Positions 1 through 6,679 of a DNA stretch of 64,000 nt are shown in pieces. The stretch's first letter is position 1, and every line of letters starts with the position of its first letter. The DNA is taken from the IMG/VR virus record IMGVR_UViG_3300025723_000029. One strand, written 5' to 3'. Made by a program: the position numbers and the translations under genes. The stretch is from an uncultured virus (IMG/VR IMGVR_UViG_3300025723_000029) (Duplodnaviria; Heunggongvirae; Uroviricota; Caudoviricetes). The notes under the pieces were generated by a model that saw only the letters and a list, made by a program, of their open reading frames with translations, made no database searches and had not been told where the DNA came from.

Positions 1-1
1 A

Positions 2-268
2 ATGAGTGAGAATAAAAGAGTATATTGTAGTTGTGGAGATTCTATTGAACCAGGCTGTAATGCAGAATGTGCCACCTGTGTTTTGATTTTGAAAAGTGAA
101 ATTAAACAATTAAAGGCAACACGACTTGAATATGCTGAAGCAGTTTTAGACGCACTTGGATGGGGTGGATGTGCTGATGAAGTCACTCAAAAAAACCATG
201 GATACCATGAAGAATATGCTAAATGGTCTGAGATAGTAAAAACTTTAAGTGAAGCGAATGAGAAATGA
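2..268 (+). CDS. hypothetical phage protein (Cys-rich N-terminus)
   Basis: 88-aa ORF with CxC...CxxxCxxC near the N-terminus; ATGA overlap with the next ORF. Confidence 0.6.
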   Translation: MSENKRVYCSCGDSIEPGCNAECATCVLILKSEIKQLKATRLEYAEAVLDALGWGGCADEVTQKNHGYHEEYAKWSEIVKTLSEANEK

Positions 269-453
269 GAACAATTGCACCAACAAATAGATTACGTTTT
301 GTTGAAAGAGTAATCCCTATCCATGATGTTGAGGCAGGTTACAAAGTAAAAATACTTCAACAGTGGTGGAATTATCAAATATTATCAGACAATTCTAGTT
401 GGATCCCTATTGAGGGCGGTGAATGGCGTGATGTACCTTTAGAAAGCGAGTGA
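265..453 (+). CDS. hypothetical phage protein
   Basis: 62-aa ORF, ATGA-coupled to the upstream gene; ILQQWW...GEWRDVP pattern. Confidence 0.65.
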   Translation: MRTIAPTNRLRFVERVIPIHDVEAGYKVKILQQWWNYQILSDNSSWIPIEGGEWRDVPLESE

Positions 454-456
454 ACA

Positions 457-666
457 ATGAACGAACGAATTAGAGATTTGGCATTGGAATGTATTGTAGA
501 AAACATAGCGTCTCCTGTTTGGGTATTTACTGATGCTGAATTGGATCAATTCGCCGACCTGATTGTGCGAGAATGTGGTGTGGCATTGCGTCCAATGTTG
601 CGAGACATGATCAGCAGAGGACAAGCATGGGATTTGATTCGACAACAGTTCGGAGTTAACAAATGA
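457..666 (+). CDS. small hypothetical phage protein (MNERI...FAxLIVREC...FGV type)
   Basis: 69-aa ORF; pattern recalled from small accessory genes of aquatic myophages; ATGA overlap with the next gene. Confidence 0.7.
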   Translation: MNERIRDLALECIVENIASPVWVFTDAELDQFADLIVRECGVALRPMLRDMISRGQAWDLIRQQFGVNK

Positions 667-884
667 TCTATATTATGAAAGATGATTTCTGCAGATATCG
701 TCAAGGTTTAAACTTGTATCCACTCGGTAGCACCCATAGTATAGGTGGGATACTAAGGCTAGGATCATGGCAAGTGAGATTACGCTGGAGTAAAATTCGC
801 CATCGTTTTAATGTAGGTATTGATCGTATTGATCTCGATGAAGAACGAAAACTTCGTAAGGAATTTTTTGGAGTTGACCTATGA
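663..884 (+). CDS. hypothetical phage protein
   Basis: 73-aa ORF; GGAG SD upstream; ATGA overlaps at both ends. Confidence 0.65.
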   Translation: MIYIMKDDFCRYRQGLNLYPLGSTHSIGGILRLGSWQVRLRWSKIRHRFNVGIDRIDLDEERKLRKEFFGVDL

Positions 885-1081
885 AGAGCAACAAGAAAAT
901 AAATCAAATAGCCAACGACACACACTTTGGTATACATCATAGTCCATTATGGCACCAGCAGAGTGTGCGTTATGGGTTTGGTGTAGTACAAGAATGTGCC
1001 CGTGAGCTACGATCCAACGGCTACGACGATGCCGCTGAATTGCTAGAAAAACACTTTGACACCTGGTTTGACCGAGAATAA
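881..1081 (+). CDS. hypothetical phage protein, possibly a distant paralog of 457..666
   Basis: 66-aa ORF; GGAG SD; VVQECA...LEKHF resembles IVRECG...IRQQF. Confidence 0.6.
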   Translation: MKSNKKINQIANDTHFGIHHSPLWHQQSVRYGFGVVQECARELRSNGYDDAAELLEKHFDTWFDRE

Positions 1082-1096
1082 AAAATCTGTTATAAT
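1068..1096 (+). promoter_or_regulatory. sigma70-type (early) promoter, probably giving a leaderless transcript
   Basis: TTGACC-N17-TATAAT with extended TGn; ATG at 1103 lies 6 nt after the -10 box. Confidence 0.75.
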
Positions 1097-1102
1097 AATA
1101 CT

Positions 1103-1315
1103 ATGAAGATTAATCCTGTAAACTTTTGGTATCCAAATTGGTCCGTATATCCAGGACACAACAGCATCTACTACAACGCAGTCCAGCGTGGCGCCTTGGC
1201 GGGTCCGGTTGAAGGCAATGCCAGCCGAGTTAACTCGGGTGCTCTGCGTAACTGGGCGGAGCCTGCTATGACTCCGGCCTGTGTTGTACACATCACAAAA
1301 ACAGAGGTATCATGA
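1103..1315 (+). CDS. hypothetical small protein (overlaps a candidate structured RNA)
   Basis: 70-aa ORF starting at the predicted +1; ATGA overlap with the next gene. Confidence 0.45.
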   Translation: MKINPVNFWYPNWSVYPGHNSIYYNAVQRGALAGPVEGNASRVNSGALRNWAEPAMTPACVVHITKTEVS

Positions 1316-1680
1316 AAAACATATTGATTGCACTGGCACTGGTCACTTTGACTGCATGCAGTACCACAGGAGTCAGACCTCCCACCATGACCGAAGCCGT
1401 AGTGGCTGACACTGCCACCACTGCCATAGCCCTGGCACATGGTGCCACTGAACTGAATCCGCTTGGTCTTGCAGGCGCTGTGCTAGGTAAGGTAGCTGTA
1501 TTTGCAGTGACCGAATCAGGTGCTGTTCCCGACCAACAAGCAAAAGATATCAAGCGTTATGCTTCGGCAGTTTGGACAGGTGCGGCTGTGAACAATCTAA
1601 TTCAGATACTGTTTGCCACCAGTCCGATTGGTTTAAGTATAGGGTTGGGTGTAGCATCTGCTATTTTCATATTGAATTGA
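1312..1680 (+). CDS. predicted membrane lipoprotein
   Basis: MKNILIALALVTLTA-C signal peptide with lipobox; hydrophobic Ala/Gly-rich segments; GAGGT SD. Confidence 0.7.
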   Translation: MKNILIALALVTLTACSTTGVRPPTMTEAVVADTATTAIALAHGATELNPLGLAGAVLGKVAVFAVTESGAVPDQQAKDIKRYASAVWTGAAVNNLIQILFATSPIGLSIGLGVASAIFILN

Positions 1681-1693
1681 ACCGGAGACAGCG

Positions 1694-2002
1694 ATGAGCG
1701 AATATACACCAGACCGTTGGGTCGTAGTAGAAATCAACAGTGCCAAACACGGGCGCATACGCAAGGTCCTGGCATCGTGGTACGGCGGATATGCCGGTTC
1801 AGACAGCTGGAGGATGAACTCGGGTATAGAAAAGGTTATCGATCAAGGTGACTACTATGATGTGGTTGGATCATCTGGTTCGGTCTATAAGTGCTACAAA
1901 GGTGCCGAAGGCATGAGCGCCTATACCAGTGATGTGTTCGAAACCTACAAGAGACAGTTAGAAGAAAACGGTATGGGCTCGATGGAGATAGTGGCGATAT
2001 GA
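1694..2002 (+). CDS. conserved hypothetical phage protein
   Basis: 102 aa; PDRWVVV...WYGGYAGSDSWRMNSGI motif recalled from large tailed phages; GGAG SD. Confidence 0.75.
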   Translation: MSEYTPDRWVVVEINSAKHGRIRKVLASWYGGYAGSDSWRMNSGIEKVIDQGDYYDVVGSSGSVYKCYKGAEGMSAYTSDVFETYKRQLEENGMGSMEIVAI

Positions 2003-2259
2003 CCAATGTTGTTATCAACCAGGATCCCTGGGTACGCATTGGGCCCGGTGACGTCAGTTTCCAAATGCACAACGACCTGATCATGACCAATCGTGCCAGT
2101 ATAGAAATCGACGGTGAATGTCCACACTCTTATGCTATCATCATAGCGCAGGCACTGGAGCGTGGTTGGATCCGACCCATTGCTGTGGTGCCTCGCACAG
2201 ATCCAACCCTGATGTGGGACCTTTTGAAAACAGAAAGAAAAAATGAAGATAAAGTTTGA
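1999..2259 (+). CDS. hypothetical phage protein
   Basis: 86-aa ORF; ATGA overlap; GGAG upstream. Confidence 0.65.
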   Translation: MTNVVINQDPWVRIGPGDVSFQMHNDLIMTNRASIEIDGECPHSYAIIIAQALERGWIRPIAVVPRTDPTLMWDLLKTERKNEDKV

Positions 2260-2404
2260 ACGTGAAACCATGCCCGACGAGTTGTACAACGCCTTGCTCA
2301 TGCACTTTGTACGCGAAGCAGTGGCACAGGGTGCGCCGGTAGACCCACACAGCCAATTTACCAACTGGCGAGTCGAATGCGAACTGCATGTGGCCACGCA
2401 CTAG
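2243..2404 (+). CDS. small hypothetical protein (not in the ORF track)
   Basis: Hand translation MKIKFERETMPDELYNALLMHFVREAVAQGAPVDPHSQFTNWRVECELHVATH* (53 aa) fills the gap before an intergenic region. Confidence 0.55.
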   Translation: MKIKFERETMPDELYNALLMHFVREAVAQGAPVDPHSQFTNWRVECELHVATH

Positions 2405-2464
2405 CAATTTTGCCAAATTGGGCACAAAACCTGGCAAAAAAGATCTCGGAGATCGATTTCTCCG

Positions 2465-2471
2465 TTAAATA
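2465..2471 (+). promoter_or_regulatory. T4-type late promoter core (TAAATA)
   Basis: TTAAATA 5 nt before ATG 2477; the same core precedes several structural genes. Confidence 0.55.
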
Positions 2472-2476
2472 TCTAT

Positions 2477-2692
2477 ATGGAAAATACAACTCAACAAATC
2501 TCAATCGCCGATCTTGATACTATCAAAAATATCATTGATCTGGCCACCAGTCGCGGTGCATTCCGCGGCGAAGAGCTTTACGAAATCGGCGCTGTGTATC
2601 TCAAGCTCAAGAACTTTCTAGACACTGTGATAGCCACAGCACAGGCACAACAGCCAGCCGACACAACCAATCAACCACCCCAAGGAGAATAA
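2477..2692 (+). CDS. conserved hypothetical phage protein
   Basis: 71 aa; IIDLATSRGAFRGEELxxIGxVYxKL motif. Confidence 0.75.
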   Translation: MENTTQQISIADLDTIKNIIDLATSRGAFRGEELYEIGAVYLKLKNFLDTVIATAQAQQPADTTNQPPQGE

Positions 2693-2695
2693 CAC

Positions 2696-3445
2696 ATGGC
2701 ATTTACCAAATTCGTAGGCAAGCATCAAGACCGCAGGGTCTGCGTGTTGTTCAGACAGGTACCCGGTGAAGACCACATGTGTTTGATCATATACCCAGAC
2801 ACCACACATGCACACTGGCAGGATGCCATACAAAAAGTGCTGGAAAGCGACATGGCCCAACAGGGCGAGGAGTTTGCCGATGCCTTGCATCGCAGCTACC
2901 TGCCAGACGGTCGCCCTATCCTGGAGACCCTGCATCAGGAGCGAATGATCAAGAAAGTGCGTTGCTCCGACATCATCATGACTCCCAACCAGGCCAGCAG
3001 TATCAGACTGGACGAACTCAACAAGATGTTGAACGAAATGAAACAGGGCGAAGATGCTATCAAGCGTATGGCCAAGAATGATGCCAGCCGTGGCATGGTA
3101 GCACCCGAAGTCAAGCGTGCAGCCGAAGCCGAATACAAAAAATCACAGTCACAGAAGACTGCTACAGAACAGATCACTCAACCGTTCATTGCCACAAGCG
3201 ATTCGGCCTTGAGCGATAGAGACATCGCGGCCAACATGTTGGCCCAGGCCAAGCGCATGGAGGTCGAAGCCAAGGCCATGGTGGCCGAAGCTGCCAGGAT
3301 GAAAAAGGATGCTGAAAAAATGGATCCCACAGTTTCAGCCAAGGCACGACCAGCCAAGACGGCTACAGTAACAGTCACCGAAACCGCGCCTGCGGCCAAA
3401 CGTGGTCGCAAGGCCAAGACTGTGACAGCCAATGCAACTCAATAA
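2696..3445 (+). CDS. hypothetical protein with coiled-coil and basic C-terminal tail
   Basis: 249 aa; AGGAG SD; Ala/Lys-rich helical C-terminus ending AKRGRKAK. Confidence 0.8.
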   Translation: MAFTKFVGKHQDRRVCVLFRQVPGEDHMCLIIYPDTTHAHWQDAIQKVLESDMAQQGEEFADALHRSYLPDGRPILETLHQERMIKKVRCSDIIMTPNQASSIRLDELNKMLNEMKQGEDAIKRMAKNDASRGMVAPEVKRAAEAEYKKSQSQKTATEQITQPFIATSDSALSDRDIAANMLAQAKRMEVEAKAMVAEAARMKKDAEKMDPTVSAKARPAKTATVTVTETAPAAKRGRKAKTVTANATQ

Positions 3446-3737
3446 CGAAGAAGCACTACGCCAATGGGAAATGATCATACGCGATGTCAACAAGACTGAC
3501 ATCCCGTTGGAGTGCATAAAAAAAGTCGTGATCAAGCTGGCCGGTGGCAAGCAAAAGACTATCAATCTGCAGACCTTGGCCAAACAGGGACTCAGCATAG
3601 AGGAAATTGAAGCCTTTATCACCCGGAACCTGAGCGAAATGGATCCCATCGTGGTCGACCTAGATTTCGTGGTTGATATTTCAGCCGTGGCCCGCATAAT
3701 ACAACCTGAAACTGACAAGCTGTTGGGGCGCCTTTGA
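3432..3737 (+). CDS. hypothetical phage protein
   Basis: 101-aa ORF overlapping both neighbours. Confidence 0.7.
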   Translation: MQLNNEEALRQWEMIIRDVNKTDIPLECIKKVVIKLAGGKQKTINLQTLAKQGLSIEEIEAFITRNLSEMDPIVVDLDFVVDISAVARIIQPETDKLLGRL

Positions 3738-4405
3738 AAGTACGTTTGATATCGCACAGCCAGCCCACTGTTGACTGTGCAGACCTGGGTCTCGCTGACA
3801 TGCAAGAACTGGTGGCTTTTTGTGCTCGTGTAAGCAATCCGGCCAATCAGCTCAACACAGAAACCAGCCAACGACTGATCAAGTATCTGGTTCGCAATCA
3901 GCACTGGAGTCCATTGGAGATGGTTTCGGCCTGTTTGGAGATCACGACCACTCGAGACATTGCCCGTCAGATGTTGCGACACCGCAGTTTCAGCTTCCAG
4001 GAGTTCAGTCAACGCTATGCCGATCCTACCCAGGATCTGGCCTTTGTGACACGACAGGCTCGACTGCAAGACACCAAGAATCGACAGAACAGCATCGTGA
4101 CCGATGATGTGGAACTGCAAGCCTGGTGGGATGCCAAACAAAAGTTCGTGATCGAACACAGTCGTGCAATCTATCAAGAAGCTGTGGCTCGTGGCATAGC
4201 CAAGGAACAGGCCCGTGCTGTGTTGCCCGAAGGACTGACCGAAAGTCGCTTGTACATGAATGGCACACTACGCAGCTGGATACATTTTATTGAACTGCGC
4301 AGCGCCAATGGCACTCAGCTGGAACACCAGCAGGTGGCTGTGGCCTGTGCCGAGGTCATCGCGGCAATCTTTCCTATGTTGTCGGATCTGGTCGCAGATC
4401 ACTGA
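3734..4405 (+). CDS. thyX: FAD-dependent thymidylate synthase
   Basis: ThyX signature RHRSFSFQEFSQRY, HWSPLE, AKEQARAVLP, LRSWIHFIELR; TTG start. Confidence 0.95.
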   Translation: MKVRLISHSQPTVDCADLGLADMQELVAFCARVSNPANQLNTETSQRLIKYLVRNQHWSPLEMVSACLEITTTRDIARQMLRHRSFSFQEFSQRYADPTQDLAFVTRQARLQDTKNRQNSIVTDDVELQAWWDAKQKFVIEHSRAIYQEAVARGIAKEQARAVLPEGLTESRLYMNGTLRSWIHFIELRSANGTQLEHQQVAVACAEVIAAIFPMLSDLVADH

Positions 4406-4411
4406 CAACTC

Positions 4412-4420
4412 TGCTATACT
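4412..4420 (+). promoter_or_regulatory. extended -10 promoter, probably leaderless
   Basis: TGcTATACT followed 6 nt later by ATG 4427; weak -35. Confidence 0.5.
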
Positions 4421-4426
4421 ATCAGT

Positions 4427-4669
4427 ATGCAGAACACACTATTACACAAATTTAGCATGAGCGATGTGGAAGATCCTTATCTGTATGCAGCCTTTCCCAT
4501 CAGCGAATGGCAACAGACCGACCACGGAAAGTGGGTGATGGAACATGTGCAAGACCAACCCACATTCTATTGCGAACCAGATCCGGCCACGCTGGGTTAC
4601 CGAGTGGCCATCTGGGGCAAATTGCATGATCAAGATGTGACCTATCTCAAACTCAAGTGGGGACGATGA
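4427..4669 (+). CDS. conserved hypothetical phage protein
   Basis: 80 aa; DVEDPxLYAAxPIxEWQQTxxGKWVMEH motif; ATGA overlap with the epimerase. Confidence 0.75.
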   Translation: MQNTLLHKFSMSDVEDPYLYAAFPISEWQQTDHGKWVMEHVQDQPTFYCEPDPATLGYRVAIWGKLHDQDVTYLKLKWGR

Positions 4670-5652
4670 ACATACTGGTAACCGGGGGACTGGGCTTTAT
4701 TGGGCACCATGTGGTCGAACTGCTGGAACAGCAGGGACACACAGTTGCCATCATGGACAACGAAACTGACTACGGCATTATAGCCCAGGATGAGTTATCT
4801 GCACTTGTGCGTGAGCGCAAACATAAAATTAAGACCAACAGCATATACTTTTGCGATGTGGCTGATCCAACGGCTCGACTGGCATTTGAGTTGTTCAAGC
4901 CCGACACAGTCATACACTTGGCCAGCTTTCCTAGACAAAAAGTAGTCAACGCCAATCCTACATTGGGCAGCAAAACCATGATCGAAGGATTACTTAATTT
5001 GCTTGAACTATCGGTCGAGCACAAAGTCAATAAGTTTGTTTATATCAGTAGCAGTATGGTGTATGGCAACTTTGACCATGCTTCACCGGCCGGCATTTCC
5101 GAAGATCATGTGACTCATCCCATAGGACAGTATGGAATCATGAAACTGGCCGGCGAATGGTTGGTACAGGACTATGCCAAACGCACCGGCATCCAATCCA
5201 TGATACTGAGACCCAGTGCTGTGTATGGACCCAGAGATGTCGAAGATCGAGTGATCAGCCGATTCATGCTGGCAGCCATGCGAGATCAGGTATTACAGGT
5301 CAACGGTGCTCAAGATGCATTGGATTTTACCCACGTGGACGATGCAGCTCGAGGCATAGTGCAGGCCACAATCAGCAATCGTACTGGAGTTTACAACATC
5401 ACTAGAGGTCGCAGCCGTAGCTTGTTGGAAGCAGCCGAACTGATCATACAACTGGTTGGATCGGGGCGCATACAGGTCAACAATCGCGACAACAGTTTCC
5501 CCAGTCGCGGTCAGTTAAATACAGCACGGGCCCGGGTGGTATTTGGTTTCGCACCATGTATTGATATCGAACAAGGATTTGAAAATTACCTACACTGGCT
5601 TGACGATTTCGTTCACCGGAATCAAAAAACAATACAACCAGATACGCACTGA
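4666..5652 (+). CDS. NAD-dependent nucleotide-sugar epimerase/dehydratase (extended SDR)
   Basis: ILVTGGLGFIG Rossmann motif, SSSMVYG, YGIMK (YxxxK), RPSAVYGP, DFTHVDD. Confidence 0.92.
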   Translation: MNILVTGGLGFIGHHVVELLEQQGHTVAIMDNETDYGIIAQDELSALVRERKHKIKTNSIYFCDVADPTARLAFELFKPDTVIHLASFPRQKVVNANPTLGSKTMIEGLLNLLELSVEHKVNKFVYISSSMVYGNFDHASPAGISEDHVTHPIGQYGIMKLAGEWLVQDYAKRTGIQSMILRPSAVYGPRDVEDRVISRFMLAAMRDQVLQVNGAQDALDFTHVDDAARGIVQATISNRTGVYNITRGRSRSLLEAAELIIQLVGSGRIQVNNRDNSFPSRGQLNTARARVVFGFAPCIDIEQGFENYLHWLDDFVHRNQKTIQPDTH

Positions 5653-6679
5653 AATCCTGGATGTGACCGACGAAGTTCTAAGATCGGGATCTCTCATGGA
5701 CAGCAACTACACAGCCGAATTTGAAAACTGGCTGGCCCGTCGCAACCATGTCAAATATGCAGTGACCTGCCACTCGGGCACACAGGCCTTGGAAATTTTG
5801 GCTGCTTGGAATCTAGAGCGCAATTTGATGTTTGATCCGCCACGTGTCTTGATACCTACCATGACCTATGTGGCCACAGCCAATGCATTTGCACGGGCTG
5901 GCTACGAGGTAGTGTTGTTGGACACTGACGGGCACGGACAAGCCGACTACAGAAAACTGGATCCAGGTCTTGATTGCCATGTAGAGGTCTTGGTTGGACT
6001 GTACGGCATGGCTCTGCCCGATAACGCTGGATCCAAGACCACAGTGGTGTTTGAAGATGCGGCACAGCATTGGCTCAGCGCCGACTCACGTCGGGTGGGC
6101 TTGGCAGCTGCCATCAGTTTTGATCCCATGAAGAATCTCAACTGTTACGGCAACGGTGGAGCCATAGTGACCAACAGTCTGGATATCATGCACTATGCCA
6201 GGTCCTGGCGCAACAACGGCAAACCTGATCACAGTGTGCCGGGTACCAACAGCAGAATGAGCGAGGTAGACTGTGCGCAGATGATGGTCAAGACACGATA
6301 CATTGATGCCTGGCAACAGCGTAGAGCTGTGATTGCGCGATACTGGATGGAACGTCTGGAACGCTCGGGCATACGCAGCCTGATTGACAAGGGCAACTTT
6401 GCCACGCATGCTTACCACAAGTTTGTGATCGAACTGGATCAACGAGATCAATTGCGACAGTATCTGGAAACCCACAAGATTGAAACCAAAATACACTACC
6501 AAACACCAGTACATGAAATGTCAGCTTACCGAGACTTCACTGGTCCTGATATCTTGAGTGCAGCATCAAGCCTGGCACGCAGATGTGTGAGCCTACCGCT
6601 TTATCCTGAGCTTGCCGACTTGGAAGTGGAATACATTATTGATACTGTGTTAAATTACGCTTCAACAAAGCATAACTAG
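5600..6679 (+). CDS. DegT/DnrJ/EryC1/StrS family PLP-dependent sugar aminotransferase
   Basis: SGTQALE, TYVATANA, EDAAQ, SFDPMKNL (PLP lysine), GNGGAI, SLPLYPEL; start uncertain (TTG 5600 chosen). Confidence 0.92.
   Translation: MTISFTGIKKQYNQIRTEILDVTDEVLRSGSLMDSNYTAEFENWLARRNHVKYAVTCHSGTQALEILAAWNLERNLMFDPPRVLIPTMTYVATANAFARAGYEVVLLDTDGHGQADYRKLDPGLDCHVEVLVGLYGMALPDNAGSKTTVVFEDAAQHWLSADSRRVGLAAAISFDPMKNLNCYGNGGAIVTNSLDIMHYARSWRNNGKPDHSVPGTNSRMSEVDCAQMMVKTRYIDAWQQRRAVIARYWMERLERSGIRSLIDKGNFATHAYHKFVIELDQRDQLRQYLETHKIETKIHYQTPVHEMSAYRDFTGPDILSAASSLARRCVSLPLYPELADLEVEYIIDTVLNYASTKHN

Noticed and set aside
1185..1280. tRNA or known self-cleaving ribozyme
   Set aside because: No cloverleaf or TTC arm, and no hammerhead or twister core; kept only as an unassigned structure candidate
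3335..4177. 280-aa minus-strand ORF
   Set aside because: Antisense shadow of thyX and its neighbour; no motifs
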